A DNA stretch of 64,000 bases. Origin: the human T2T-CHM13v2.0 reference genome, Homo sapiens. Made by a program: the position numbers and the translations under genes. Positions 1 through 21,096 of this stretch are shown here, piece by piece; the first letter of the stretch is position 1, and the number at the start of each line of letters is the position of its first letter. The notes under the pieces are model-generated. The model was not told the origin of the DNA. It ran no database searches and saw only the letters and a list, made by a program, of their open reading frames with translations. Location: the NCBI RefSeq assembly GCF_009914755.1, contig NC_060938.1; one strand, written 5' to 3'.

Positions 1-137
1 GGTCACAGTACTGTTTGCAAACAGGTAATCTCTGGGGAGGGAAGCACTTCAAAAGCAAAGCAGAGAACACCGGGGCTTCCTTCACAAGCCATGATAAAAA
101 GAGAGGGCCATGTAATATAAATATGATAACAAAAGAC

Positions 138-345
138 ACCGCCTTGGAGTGAAATGGACTCTGGTTCGAACCCCAGCTCAGCCTCTTTCTAGCTGTTCAC
201 TTAATCTCCCATTAAGTCTTTGTTTTTCTTATAGGAAAATGGGGGTAACAATGCCTATCTCTGAGAATGTCTTATAGGCAGGATCTCTTATCATTCTTGT
301 TTTACAGATGAGGAAACTACAGCAGAGAGAACACACATGGTTCAA
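138..345. mobile_element. MIR fragments
   Basis: MIR-like cores (ggttcgaaccccagctc...aaaatgggg; ttttacagatgaggaaact). Confidence 0.55.
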
Positions 346-2162
346 GTCTTTGAACAATTATAACGCAAATCTGCCTCAAGGAGAATGTAATGGTGTTATG
401 AATGTAAAGATGGATAAATACTTTCTAAATCCACATGCTTTGCTCAGTTTAGGTTCCTAATGTGTATATACCTTCCCAGTCTCACCCATAGTGATTGACA
501 ATAAGCCTACCCAAGAGAGATCACGGTTCTTAATCTTGTAGATATTCAACAAGATCAAGGCTAGATGATATTTTAATATATATTTTTTGGTTTGGACAAT
601 GACTATGCCAGCTAAGAGAGGAGAAAAAAAATCACGCCTTCAGATTATGTCTACGTTTCCTGAAAACTTTTCAAAACACCAGGCTTGAATAAGGAATAAT
701 GCAGTTTAAGAGTTCAGATTTCTTATGGCACAAAGAAGGTGCACAGCTTTCAGCAATAATTAATTTCACCACTGCTCTCCATGTGTGGTCCTGCAAAATC
801 GTGTTTGGAATACATTTAAAGCAAAAACTAGAGGAAAGTGCATCAGTATTGCCTCCCCTGGGAAAAAGCAGAGAAAATAAAATAATTCTGGCAAAGGTGA
901 AGATGCTAGACAAAACAAAATACAACTAGAAACCAAAAATCCTCAGGAAGCTCAGAAGAAATGGGCCCAGGCCAACAAAAGTCCCCAAATGATACTGTCA
1001 CCATAGGCCTCAGTTCCCCAGGCTCTTTACCCAAAACTTCTCTTCCCCCAGCTTCTCACCCCTCCTCATCTTTACAGCTTGCCCAGTGCAGTCGCTGCCC
1101 TCCAGGCCATGGGAATGCCCCCAGTGGCTCAGAACTTATAAGAGACTTCATTTCTTCAAGGACTGTAAAGAACAGCATGGAGAAGCTGTCACAGGGGGAT
1201 CGTGGGGTGTTGCCACTCTAGGTTAGAATCCTAGATTCACTCCTCCACAGAAACACCAAGTCAAATGATAATTAGCTGGTAATTTTAGCATCATACAGCA
1301 CTTCAGATATATATTACAAATGGGCTTGAGAGAAGTGATCACTTTGGAGGATGGAAAACGCAGGTTCCAAGTGACAACTCATGAGTAACTAAGCTCATTT
1401 TTAACTTGATGGCATTCCAGGTTTATGGGCCCATTGATGATTCGTGTAACTTCAACCACTGATTTACTCTGTTTGTCCATACATATTCATTTATGTACAT
1501 AATATTGATTCTCTACTGGAACAATAATTTACAAAATTCTATTTAGCATCTGACAAACCTTTCACTTTCAAACTAGTCATACTGTACTCTACCCCACCCC
1601 TCCTTTCAAGGTGAGGAATCCACAGCCAAGAAATGGGTCAATGTGGAGTCTATCATTTTAACCACGTTCCAGGTTCCAGGACTCTAGGATTCTTGCCCAA
1701 ATGACCCCAAGCCCAATTCCAGAGCCTAGGTAGGTTCCCTGGGTCCATCCTCCCAGACCACCTCTAGGCATGAGAGGTGGCCAACAGGTGAGTGTCTGTA
1801 GCAGATGTGGACACACAGGATAGGGTTTGTGCAAGGTGGTATGGGATGCATCTAGCCATGGGAAAAGAAGGCAGTCAAGAATAGAAATGGCTGGGCCACG
1901 CACAACTCTTTCTGCACTACCATGTTGGGTACAGAACTCAGAAGAGTCTCAGAATTCTAAATCAGAACACGGCCTTGTTGAAGGTAGGTATGCCAAGACA
2001 GAAGGAAGGAACATATTGCACTTAAAAGTTACAAATCCAGCTGAGGACCTGTTAAATATCTAGGCACAGCTCATGGACCTCTACTTTGTACTCTTGCCCC
2101 TTAAATATTAGCGGCCGGCCTTTCTACAAGTACATGGAAAACTGATAGCCAGAAAGCCCTAC

Positions 2163-2462
2163 CGGGAATCTTCTTGGCCCAGCTGATCATGTGTACCAAC
2201 TCCTTGTCGGCCAACTTGGTCAGGGACATCATCATGGAGGCCTCGGTGAAGGGCGCACTGGGGCGGCTGATCAGCACATGGGGCGGCTCAGCCTCCAGGA
2301 GGGTGAGCACTAGCTGCTCGGGGCTCAGGGCGTCCAGCAGCAGCTCCCGCACTCGGGGCGCGTGGCCGCCACTTCTCTTGGCCTTGCCGGCACAGTGCAG
2401 CTGCTCGTCGGCACTTCTCTGTCTCCGCACAAGGCGGTACCCACATCTCTCTCTCCGGGAGC
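2163..2462 (-). CDS. ESR2: ESR2 coding exon 4 (300 nt), hinge and start of ligand-binding domain ([10 protein letters not shown]...[12 protein letters not shown])
   Basis: LBD helix 3 signature [18 protein letters not shown]. Acceptor CTTTCCTCTTCAG|GC, donor CCG|GTAGGG. Phase 1/1. Confidence 0.98.
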
Positions 2463-2932
2463 CTGAAGAGGAAAGCAGAGTCATTCGAATTGCCAGGGTA
2501 AAACCGCAGTCAAGCAAAAGCAGCTTGACTTTTATTTTCTGGAGCCTGTGGGGCACGTACCAAAGATTACTATGGTCGTGACCGTACTAGCAAAACCAAC
2601 GACATAACTTTTCAGAAACTTTTTAGGTCTCCATTTCCAGGTCATCTATAGATACTAACACCGTTTCTCTATAAAGAGTGCTCATAAACCTGTTTCCAAA
2701 CCATGAAATTAGGAATTTTCTTCAGGTAGAAAAATGGGGATATTTCCAAAGGTATCAAATAATATACTTTTATTATAACACATTCTTAAAATGTTTATAT
2801 GCATGTGTGCATATGTATATATTTCCTTATACTTACACAAAACAAGTATATTTCAAATAACAAATTAAGTGAAAAAATCTGAAAAATATAGAAGAGAATA
2901 AATTTTGGCATAAACTCTTTCAGTCTTTTTAA

Positions 2933-4136
<1,204 letters not shown>

Positions 4137-4317
4137 TAAGTTTTAGTGATATAGAAACAAGGTGGAACCAAAATAACAAACAATAACATGCAAAATCAGA
4201 GAGGAATGATTTTGGTTAGAATTTCTAAGATTCTTTTTTGGGAAGATAGAAGCTTAAATTCTCAAATTAATCAAGAACACGTTACAAAACATAAACGTCA
4301 TTAAAGGAATTGAAACA

Positions 4318-4636
4318 TGGCCAAACATGGTGGCTCACACTTGTAATCCCAGAACTTTAGGAGGCCAAAGGTGGTTTCGGCGGGTGGGGCGGGAGGGGAC
4401 GGATCACTTGAGGCCAGGAGTTCAAGACCAACCTGGGCAGCATGGTGAAACCCCATCTCTACTAATAATACAAAAATTAGCTGGGCATGGTGGCAAATGC
4501 CTGTAATCCTAGCTGTTTAGGAAGGTGAGGCAGGAGAATCACTTGAACCTGGGAGGCAGAGGCTGCAGTGAGCCAAGATCACACCACTGCACTCCAGCCT
4601 GGGTGACACAGCGAGACTCTGTCTCAAAAGATAAAA
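4318..4636 (+). mobile_element. Alu with G-rich non-consensus insert
   Basis: Alu consensus. TSD ggaattgaaaca. Confidence 0.9.
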
Positions 4637-4699
4637 GGGAATTGAAACAGAATGTATGACTTTTAAACTAGCAAAAGAAGAAAAAGAAAACATAAAAAT

Positions 4700-5790
4700 G
4701 TGATCAACTCCTAAAAGGGAAGAAGTAGAAAATACATAATAAAATTTTTTAAATCAAAAAATAAGATGATAGAAATGAACCCAAATATCAGTTATCACAA
4801 TAAACAAAAAATACCAAATTGACCATTTAAGAGTGACTCTGAAATTATACATATTTTTAAATCTAGACATAGATTAGGTGTAAGAGATATACCTAACATA
4901 TAGAAAAACAAAGTAGACAGATAGAAAAATATTTAACAGGCAAAATTAACCAAATAAATTGACATTACTCTATTGATACCAGACAAATAAACTTTAAGGC
5001 AAAAATTATTATTATAGATAAGGAGACTCATCGCTAGAATATTTTAAAAAGATAAATAATTCTAAACTCATATACTTCAAAACAACAAAGGCCAGGTGCG
5101 CTGGCTCATGCCTGTAATCCCAGCAATTTGGGAGGCCAAGGTGGGCGGATCACCTGAGGTCAGGAGTTTGAGACCAGCCTGGCCAAAATGGAAAAACCCC
5201 ATCTCTACTACAAATACAAAAATTACCCAGGCATGGTGGTGCATTCCTGTAGTCCCAGCTACTCAAGAGGCTGAGGCAGGAGAGTCGCACAAACCCAGGA
5301 GGCACAGTGAACCGAGACCGTGCCATGCACTCCAGCCTGGGTGACAGAGCAAGACTTGGGTTGAAAAAATAAATAAATAAATAAATAAATAGACAAACAA
5401 TAAAACACAGCCTCCAAACACAATACAAAAAGTAACTGAAAGAAAAAGAGAAACTGACAGATGCAGTATTATAACGGGCTATTTAAATCTCTCTCTCAAC
5501 AGCTGAAAGAGCAAAAAGTCAGAATGCAGAATATTTGAACCACATAATTAACAAGCTTGATCTACAAAGGCCATAGATATTTTGCAAAAATTATCACATG
5601 CTAGGCAATGAAGAAAATCTTAAAATAGGTATTATTCAGATCATATTCTCTGACGATAAGAAAAATGGAAATCAACAACAAAAATATAACTTCCAAATCC
5701 CTATACATTTGAGCACCAACATCTTTATAAGTTTTCATCGGTTAAAGACAAAAAATGTAAAATGGAAATTAAGAAAGACATGTTGTAAGT
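4700..5790 (+). mobile_element. Old L1 (ORF2 endonuclease region) fragments with Alu at 5090-5400
   Basis: A-rich L1-like text (agacaaataaactttaaggcaaaa; cacataattaacaagcttgatcta) and Alu consensus. Confidence 0.6.
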
Positions 5791-6175
5791 AAGGATGTCA
5801 TTAGCATGGTTATAACTTTTATATGAATTTCCCTTAAAAAAAGAAACCCTAAAAGTTGAAATCTGCAAAATGCTTGGTTTTATACACCCATCATTATGTT
5901 TATTCACTAAATCAATTGTTTACATTTTTAAAAATAAATATTAGTTAGAAAATGTGAGCAAATTTAAATTATTGGCTCCCAGGAAAATTTGTCAGAATTT
6001 CCTCTTAACATTGACTAGTTATAGTAGAAGAAAGGGCTCTATTTATTCAGAAAATTTGAACCAAATTTACTGCTAAAAGAATTAAAGGCCTAAAATACAA
6101 TTCATTTTATTAGTAATCAAGCAGAATGCTAAGGTCAATTATACACCCAGGATAAAATGGAGCAAAATGTATGTT

Positions 6176-6273
6176 TTTCTTAATTTTTTTAATATACTTT
6201 AGGTTCTGGGATACATGTGCAGAACATGCAGGTTTGTTACATAGGTATGCACATGCCATGGCGGTTTGCTGCA
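6176..6273 (-). mobile_element. L1PA-type 3' end fragment
   Basis: atacatgtgcagaacatgcaggtttgttacataggta. Confidence 0.8.
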
Positions 6274-6302
6274 AAATGTATAGTTTTAAAAAGCACCTTT
6301 CT

Positions 6303-6616
6303 GCTAGGCAAGGTGGCTCATGCCTGTAATCCCCCAGCACTTTGAGAGGCTGAGGCAAGGGGATCACTTGAGCCCAGGAGTTGAAGACTAGCCTGGGCAA
6401 CATAGTGAAATCCTGTCTCTACAAAAAATACAAAAATTAGCCAGGCATGGTGGTGCACACACCTGTAGTCCCAGCTACTCGGGAGGCTGAGGTGGGAGAA
6501 TCAATTGAGCCCGAGGAGGTAAAAGTTGCAGTAAGCCAAGATTGCACCACTGCACTCCAGCCTGGGCTGCAGCAGAGTGATACCCTGTCTCAAAAAAAAA
6601 AAAAGAAAAAAAAAAA
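6303..6616 (+). mobile_element. Alu (J-like)
   Basis: Alu consensus. TSD aaaaagcacctttct. Confidence 0.9.
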
Positions 6617-8593
6617 AGCACCTTTCTGATCATACATTTCTCTTTTGTAGAGTATAGAGTATATAAGGATAAGGAATTTACAAAACAGATTTATATACCC
6701 TTTACATACCCAAAGTGAGAGATTTTGAATTCATACGTTCAAATTTACTTGACAAATTTTCACTGACAAAGTCTAACATTCTAGGTCCTGTAGTGAATTC
6801 TGGGGGTTCTAGACTCAATAAAGCCCTTGACAAGGAGCTCATTTTTCTATCAAGGATGTTTCTAGTGTTGTGGCTTTGACACTGTAACCTAGGCAGCTGC
6901 CTCTGAGTGAGCTTAATGAGCAGCTCCACCAAATCGAGTGCTCCATATTAGGCAGTGGTAAATAGCCCCAGCCAAAGATGATGATGATCGTAGTGATAAA
7001 TGACACTAAATGGCAGCTAATGTCTACTGGAAGCTTCTATGCACCAGGCATTGCATATTGCACATGTCCTGACAGCTACCCTACAGTACAGGAACTATTA
7101 CTGTCTCCAATGTACAGAAGAGGAACCAAACATAAGCTCAAATAACTTGTCTAAGATGGCACAGCTAGAAAATAGCAGAAGCAGGATCTAAACCCAAGCA
7201 GTAGCCTAAATCCAGAGCTGGTGCTTTTAACCACTATTTTATACTACCCACCTATCAAATCCCTTTCACAGAAGAGTATACAGCAGGTATATAAAGATAT
7301 GGCACCCAAAATATGTTGAGCTATTGTCCCAATATGGGGATATAGGCCAAATACATGGCTATTCAGAGGGATTTCCTGGCTCCTTACATTTCAGTATATC
7401 CTTATAATGAAGTTTCATCCATAAAGTTAGTCTAGGTGGGTGTTGTCCTACCATTATATGACCACATCCATACTTCAGTAGAAAAGACAAGATCAGAAAT
7501 TCAGAAGAAAAGGGTGATAACAGACTACATGGTTTCAAAATAAAAGAAGCAGGATGGTGCAGGAGGATCCAACAAGCAGGTAGAATCTCTAGTCCTCCAA
7601 ACCTGATAGAAGAAAAAGCATGCATAGAGGGTTTTGGGGAAGGCAGATAAGAAGAGTGATGGGAAAGGAGAGAGACAGAGTTAAGAAAGTTCATCTCTAA
7701 TGATCTTTCTCTATGGTCAGTGAAGGGCAAAATATCCCATTGTATATGTGCAACAACCCATCTCATTTCTTCCATAATCTCCAAAGAGAATACAGTCTTT
7801 TCTTAGACTTTCTGGCTAAATACAACAACCTTTCTCTCATTCCCTTTTCTATGAAAGCTTCTTTAACTATCCCTCTGTACTCTGTCTCATGAAACAGTGT
7901 TGTATCAAAGCTCATATGAGTTTTTCAGGGAAGGAGAGAGAATGGAAGGAAAACTAAAATTGAGTGTCAGATATTGTGCTAAGTCTTCATATATGTTTTC
8001 ATACTTATTGTTCACAAAACCAAGTGAAGCAGATATCTCTGTTCAGAGACATGAAAACCAAGGGCCAAAGAGGTGATTCAGTAGTTTGAGCACAGTTACA
8101 GTCAGCAGGAAGTGATGAAACGAAAATGAAACATAGACTCTATGGGATCCAACCTCCATGCTCTTCCCTGCATACACTGCCTTGAGCCATGAGGGCAATA
8201 GCTGTGCAACGGATCCTAGTATAATAAAAGCATTCTTAAGACTAACTTGGAAATCATTTTTTAAACACACACACATACTCACTTTAAAATAGTTTAACTT
8301 AAAACTTAAAACATTTATTTGCAATCTTTTGTCAGAGTGCCAAGGCTTTCTCTTTAAGCATCTGGGCCAATTAGACAAAGTCACTTTTCTGCATAAACAT
8401 ACACATAAGATATTATCTCTGGATTTTCAGTTTCAGCCTCTTTAAAACAAAAACAGAGCAAGAACCTAGATACTTCTAAAGAATTCTGAATTCAGGATCT
8501 CCCAAGGTTTATGGGTTTTTTTCCCCCAGTCTCACCCATACCTATCTCAATAGCTATTAGTCCTTTAAGATTTTATTCAAAACTTTCAACTAA

Positions 8594-8893
<300 letters not shown>

Positions 8894-9309
8894 TTAACTA
8901 AACTTTCACAGAAAAAAACCAAACTTGTCTTTTCCTATTCATAATATGTTTGAGTAAATTTTAATTAAATTTTATAATGTAACAATTACAGTGAGTAGAA
9001 ACAGGTTTGAAAAGAAGCCCACCGGTTTCTGACAAGGATAATGTGAAGCGGTGGGAATGGAAATGTTTAGGTGTTTGAGAGAATAACCAATAATACACGC
9101 TGTGAGGCTATGGGCACTGGCAGGATGTTCTACAGAGGAAATGAAGATCATCAGTGACTCTAGGAAGCCAGAGAAGCATGATCAGATGAAGAGAACTTCT
9201 GCTGTAACTGAACTATAATAGCTGAGGGTTCTAATCTGTTACATACACAGAGAAAAGAAAAGGGCAGAGAATGCTCACAAGGCAAAGCTACTAAGAAATT
9301 GTCAGGGAG

Positions 9310-9666
<357 letters not shown>

Positions 9667-10509
9667 TTACACAGAGAAATTACAATTAACCACAGGTAAA
9701 ATACTGGCTAGCAGAAGAATAAGTGCAGGCAGAACTGCTCTGAGTACATATAAACAAGCAAGTGAGTACAGACAAGTGAACCAAAATCTAGCCAGGTGGA
9801 GAGAGCTGGGTGTTGGCATCTTTGTCAGTTATATACCAAAGTGCTCACTTTTCTTTGTGCATAAAATATATGCGAATGTATGTGAGTGTACAAAATACAT
9901 GTGAATATATGTATGTGAATATGTTAAATACACATATGTATACACCTATGACTGTCATAGAACAAAATCTATGCTGTATGTACTTTTCATAGTTCCATTA
10001 TGTTTCTGACTCCTACATATTTTTCTACTTCTAGAAAGCTAGACGAGGGGATAGGTGTGAGCCTCCCCATGGCTACCCCAGTAACCCACAAGATATCCTA
10101 CTTTTTTGTCACGAGTTTTAACCATGGACATTTACCACGACTTCATCCTTAGAACTGGACTTTTCAAGATCACAGACAGACGGCCACCCAGCCCTGTTTG
10201 AGGATTCCAGTGGCTAGAAGTCCCCTAACCCATCTGGTGGCCTATTCTGTGGTCAGACCACTTGAACTCTAGAAAGCTCTTCTCTACCTGGGGCCAAAAT
10301 CTGCCTCCCATAATCTGTTCCCATTCACCCCAGCTCTGTCCTCTGCAGTTACTGTGGATAAGTCAATGCCCCCTCCAATGTGACAACACGCAAATACTTA
10401 ATTACTATGTCCCAAATCTTCTCTTTTCCCGGCTACCTGTCCCCAGTTCCTCAGAGGACAGGGCTTTTAGCAAGGCCCATATTCAATAAGAAGGGAAGCA
10501 AGCACTCAC

Positions 10510-10626
10510 CACACTTCACCATTCCCACTTCGTAACACTTCCGAAGTCGGCAGGCCTGGCAGCTCTTGCGCCGGTTTTTATCGATTGTACACTGATTTGT
10601 AGCTGGACAAATATAATCATTATGTC
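10510..10626 (-). CDS. ESR2: ESR2 coding exon 3 (117 nt), second zinc finger [39 protein letters not shown]
   Basis: Translated by hand (absent from the ORF track). D-box CPATNQC. Acceptor CTGCTATAG|GA, donor GTG|GTGAGT. Phase 1/1. Confidence 0.98.
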
Positions 10627-11130
10627 CTATAGCAGAGTGGGAGGGAAAAAAAGATTATTGCTATGATCTCTTAGTTAAATCTCTTCCTGGTCAACAACAC
10701 TGATAACACTTTCCAGCTGAGAGATAGGGGACATCTTCTTAATGACCAGTACAGGTACAAAGCCAAAGTCAAGCTACATTGTCACCTTGTTAATGAGTAA
10801 AGGAGACCTAGGAACATTTCAATATCCTGGTTTTTTACTAATATGTTATTCTCTGCATATTCTTAGAATTCTCAAAAGAGAGATATAAAAATATATCCTT
10901 TGGATGTGGAAAATAAGACTAACATTAAATTGATTTGCTCCAAGTCACAGAACTCAAGAGTTGTAAATCAAGTCATCAAATTCAACTTCTTATATTCTTT
11001 TACATATATCCCTCTTTCGGGTTTAATACAATATTTTTATGGGAATTCATAGTCAAATAAAATAACAAAAGGAACAAATAAAGAAATTAGCAATCTAAAT
11101 AATGACAGAAAGTACTGCTATTGACAAGAG

Positions 11131-11507
11131 TTGTGGTGGATTACCGTTCTCAATTCTTCATTCTCTCCCTCAGCCTTGCGACCCTGCAGTGTACTAGAGT
11201 GCGCAGAGAGCAAACACTTCCCTACCAGTTGATGTTGGGCTTGACCACAGGACTTTTTATAGCCAATGATATATCAATAGATGTGCTGCTCCAACAGTTT
11301 GGCTTGGCCTCTTGAGCTCCTGTGAGGTAGCCACTGGTCCAAGAAGAACGTGGGGACATGTGGAACAGACCTGACCTCCCACAAAAGCCCAGAACCAAGT
11401 TTATGAAGTAGAGCTACTCTAAACAACTCAAAGACACAGAAGTACAGAAAATAAGGCCCATTGTAGTAAAATCCTAAGAGTTTGAACTTGTTAGTTATAT
11501 AGCAATC
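11131..11507 (+). mobile_element. MLT1-type MaLR LTR remnant
   Basis: Diagnostic blocks ttgatgttgggcttgacca, gacatgtggaacagacctga, ttgttagttatatagcaat. Confidence 0.6.
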
Positions 11508-12166
11508 TCTAAGACAATGGTACTTTTAATTCTCTTATGCAAGGAAGAGCTAAGAATATTTATATTTCAAAAATTATTTCAGATGCAGTACGAAGAACCA
11601 ATCAGAGGCAGCAAAACTGATGAGGCCAGGAGACCAGATGACAGCCTGCTGTAGTTGTGCAAATGAGAGATGTCTGGATGGGGTGTTGGTAGGGAGGATG
11701 AGGACAGCTACATGGGTTTGAGAAAGGGTTAAGAAATAGAAATTATAATAAAATAGATGAGAAGCAAAAGTGAAAGTGAATAGGGCATTTTAGTGCCTTT
11801 CTAATAAACAATATGGCCTCAACATCTTACATTAAGCCTATAATGAACCAGAATTTCAGTGCGGAGAATAAATGAATCTCAATGATAAATGAAATGAGCA
11901 AGTCATAAAAGAAAAAAGTCACAAAATATATGTAGAAGACATGAACACATAAAGTTCAAAAACAGAGAAAATCAACCTGCATCGTTTAGGGATGCACGTG
12001 TAGGTGGTAAAACCATACACAGCAAGGAAGGCAGAAAGGAGGACTGTCCCACCTCTGCAGGGAGGGAAGTAGGTGTGGCAGGAGGGACCACCCAAAGGGA
12101 TTCTGGGCTGCCATTATATTCTATTTCATTGTTTGAGCGCTGGTTACACAGGGATTTGCTCTATAA

Positions 12167-12524
<358 letters not shown>

Positions 12525-12816
12525 AGAAGAGGTAATTAAAAAGCTAATTGTAACTCCAATATTGAAACAGTCTTCACAGTCTCTTAGATCTACATGAATC
12601 TCTCATGTTGCAAAGAGATATCTGCACTTCCATGTTTGTTGCAGCATTGTCCATTATAATGTAAGCAAAGAAGATGTATATGAAGTACAACGATGTTTTT
12701 CAAGCTTTCTAAGGCTCCTTTTCTTCTATTACACTTATATTATTAACTATACTTCATATATTTGATTTCAAACAATAACATCTCTAGTATGGCCCAATTT
12801 TATTAAAATACTTTGA

Positions 12817-17180
<4,364 letters not shown>

Positions 17181-17181
17181 T

Positions 17182-17437
17182 CTGAGGTGGGCTGATCTCC
17201 TGAGGTCAGGAGTTCGAGACCAGCCTGGCCAATATGGTGAAACCCCATCTCTACTAAAAATACAAAAATTAGCCAGGCGTGGTGGTGGGTGTCTGTAATC
17301 CCAGCTACTTGGGAGGCTGAGGCAGGAGAATCCCTTGAACCTGGGAGTCGGAGGTTTCAGTGAGCCGAGATTGCACCATTACACTCCAGCCTGGATGACA
17401 GAGTGAGACTCTGTCTCAAAAAAAAAGAAAAAAAAAG
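17182..17437 (+). mobile_element. 5'-truncated Alu
   Basis: Alu consensus with A tail. Confidence 0.9.
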
Positions 17438-19057
17438 TTGTAGTTATTGTTTTTCATTGGTTCTTCCTTTAGACTTTCTACTCAAAATATGAGGTTACAA
17501 ACCACAATTAACAGTGTTATATTATTCTGTGGTTTTCTATGTACTTACTATTACCAGTAATGAAAATAGGTAAATTTTATTGTATGCATATTATATCTCA
17601 AACTCAACTTTTAAAAATTGGCTCCCATATTTTAAATCAATGAAAAATGAATGGATTTATTAAGTAAAATGATGTGGAGAAAATTAACGAGAGATAAATA
17701 CATTTGGTTATTTCATTCAGTATGCCAAAATAAATTTCTTTTGAATTAAATAATAAAATGTAAAAACAAACTATTAAATAACAAAATATGCGCAAAAGTT
17801 TATATAATGCCTGGGTATGAAAGGACTTTTTTTAGGCTTAAAAACTATACACAAAACTATCAAAGTTGGTAATATTTGACTATTTAAAGATTAACTATTT
17901 CTGCATATCAAAATCAGAGTCAAGTGGAAAAAATATTTGTCATACATGTAATAATAGGTTAATATATAAAGCACACAATAAATTTATCAAGCAAATGCCA
18001 GAACCCAATATAAAAACGGGCAAAATCTCTGAATAAAGAAGATAAAAGAGAAAATACAAATGGCAGATAGATTTATGAGAAAACATTTACCTCACTAATA
18101 AAGAGAAGCAAATTGAAACCAAAAGATACTATACATCACGTATCAATGTAGCAAGGTTTTTTTCTTTTTGATAAGAGTCAATGCTACCAAGAGGTTGGAA
18201 AAAGCGACACTCACACTGCTGGTAAAAGAGCAAGTCTGTACAACCTTCTTAAGACTTGAACACTTGAAAACATCTGTCAAGAACTTTAAACATTAATGCA
18301 CTCTGACCCCACAGATTTGTTCTAAAAACATATCCAGAGAAACTTATTTTTTTCAAAACTTCATGAACAAATAAAGTAACCATAGCATTAAAACAATGAA
18401 AATAATTGATAGGGCCTTCAATAATAAAGAGTTAAATAAATTAAATCTGATCATAAGATAGAATATTACACAGTTGTGCAGTTGTGAAAAGGGTCTCTGG
18501 AAATTTAACAACAGAAATGCTTATACGACAATATTAAGTGAAAAATGATACAGAACTCTGTGTATAAGCCCAATTAATTTTGAAAAATCATATTCAAGGA
18601 ATTGGTAAGTGCCACTAGTGAACAAAATGGACAAAAATCCTTGCCCTCATGGAATCTATAATCTATTGTCTTGTTCACCACTGCATCCGTAGAGCCTGGT
18701 ACAATGCTCAATAAATATTTGTTAAATGAACACCAATAGGAAAGAGAACAAAAAGTAAAGGATAAGCTCAAAAAATAAGCCATGCTGTCATCTGGACCAG
18801 ATGAAGTGATGAGGTCCTTCTCCCTATGTCCTCCTTCCTCTGTGCTCCATAACCCAGTAGAGAAACAACAGCACTTATCACTCTGATGGCAACTCATTGT
18901 GTGAAGAAGCCAACAAAGTATCAATGGAAAAGCAAGCACAACACAGCTTCCAGTGCATTTGTACAGTGAAGGGGACAGGTACATGACTAAGATATGGTCA
19001 ATTAGCTTATAAATCAAGTTAGCAAGACAAGTTTAAAATTATAAAAAACATAAGAAT

Positions 19058-19365
<308 letters not shown>

Positions 19366-20500
19366 TTACATGCAAGGAATTTCTCAATACTGTACCATCC
19401 TGGCCTATTTGAGACAATTTTAAAAATAAGTGGCCACTTTCAGTTACTGTAATGCACTTATATCAAAGACAGGAAGCATGCAAAGAAAGGATCATTTAGG
19501 CACTACAACTGTACAACTGTAACAGCTTTAACTCTTTCCTCTTTGCACATTTAGAATTTGACATTCCTGTCTGATGCAGCAGGAAGGAAGAAACAACATA
19601 GAGAAGCAAAGGAAATTTACTTTCAATTGTTATTAGCTGTAGTCTCAGGGGTCAAAGATGTTTCAAGCAGACCAATGTTTCCCCAAAAGCAAAAAAAAAA
19701 AAGAAGGATCTCTTTTTAAAAGATATGGTTAGTAGTAATAGGTCCAAACGTTCTTAAGGGGTAAAATCCTAGAAACTCAGCAAGATACAAAATAGTCATC
19801 GTATCAAGAATTCAGTTCAGAATTTCAGAAAATCAATATTGTTCTTATCATATAGCCAGGAAATGGACTTGGCCTTATAATCTACTGTTAAGATTGTCAC
19901 AAATAAAATATTTGAGCACTGAATATGTTTTCATATAATCAACCTTATTTCATCTTTAGAAAATCCCTATGAGTATCTCCATTTCACAGAGGAGGAAACA
20001 GGCTAGGAGGTGAAGTCGCAGAGCTAGTAATTATAAAATCCAGGACAAAGAGGCTGCCATTCATACAGGGTGAATTTCAGGGGACAGGTAGGAAGGTGAC
20101 TACCAACATTTCACTCCTCACCATATCCTGGATTCTATCAGTATTTCTCTGCTTAAGGTAAAACATCCTCTTAGAGTTATCAATGGGTGAGTTAATTTAG
20201 TAAATTGCTATTTGCCATTTACACACTATGAATTCTCTCAACGTTGCTTTTCTTAACTGGCAAAGAACAAAGCATTGGGGCTTTGATAGAAAAAGGAAGG
20301 GAGCTTTCAGATGGAAACATAGGGTGTTGCCTGGGAGGGAGCAGTTGAGGGACAGGTTATGGGGCAAATAGAGAAAACAAGAGTAAGCAAGAAAGTGACT
20401 TCAGCAAATCAGGGCTGGTACGAGAGAAGGAGTGTAGCAAAGACACATGCAGGGAGATGAGCTGACCAGCCTTGAAATCAGGGGTGCACAACTTGAAGTT

Positions 20501-21096
20501 TATAAACCAAAAAATAAAATTCTAAGGCCCCTCAACCATCTGAATGGGTCCCTCCTCTTGGCCAAGGGCATTACAAAGTTAACCTGAAAAATAAGTTTAG
20601 GCCATGATGGAACAAGGAAGACAGACATGGTTCATTATACCCTCCCTCCCCTTTTGGAATCACTGATAGAACAGACCCTTTAAGACCCCTAAGAAATATT
20701 TACAATCTATTCTCTCTGAAGCCTGCTACCTGGAGGCTTCATCTGCATGATAAAACCTTGGTCTCCACAATCCCTTATTGTAACCCAATCATTGCTTCCT
20801 ACTGATAATAATTCTTTCAATCAATTGCCAATCAGAAAATCTTTGAACTGCCTGTGACTTGGAAGCCCCTGCTTTCAGGTGTCCTGCCTTTTCAGGCTGA
20901 ATCAATGTACATCTTACATGCATTGATTAATGCCTTATGTCTCCCTAAAATGTATAAGACCAAGTTGTGGCCTGACCACCTTGGGCACATGTTCTCAGAT
21001 CTCCTGAGGGCTATGTCACAGGCCATTTGTCACTCATATTTGGCTCAGAATAAATCTCTTCAAATATTTTACAGAGTTTGATTCTTTTCATCAACA
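20501..21096 (+). mobile_element. Solo ERV1 LTR, MER4 family
   Basis: Starts tataaaccaaaaaataaaattctaag, ends tcttttcatcaaca. AATAAA at about 21049. 4-bp TSD agtt at 20497-20500 and 21097-21100. Confidence 0.8.

Noticed and set aside
2174-2581. 135-aa plus-strand ORF
   Set aside because: Antisense shadow of the GC-rich ESR2 coding exon 4, with a non-ATG start.
2574-2583. GGTCGTGACC near exon 4 as an ERE
   Set aside because: Wrong spacing and an incomplete half-site. I noticed no perfect GGTCAnnnTGACC by eye, although a scan was not possible.
7359-7784. 141-aa ORF here and 147-aa ORF at 18574-19017
   Set aside because: No recognisable motif or convincing splice context, non-ATG starts, and the second overlaps L2-like sequence.
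9865-9950. TG/TA-rich stretch as the known ESR2 CA microsatellite
   Set aside because: Imperfect low-complexity tract. The known repeat lies in a later intron outside this window.
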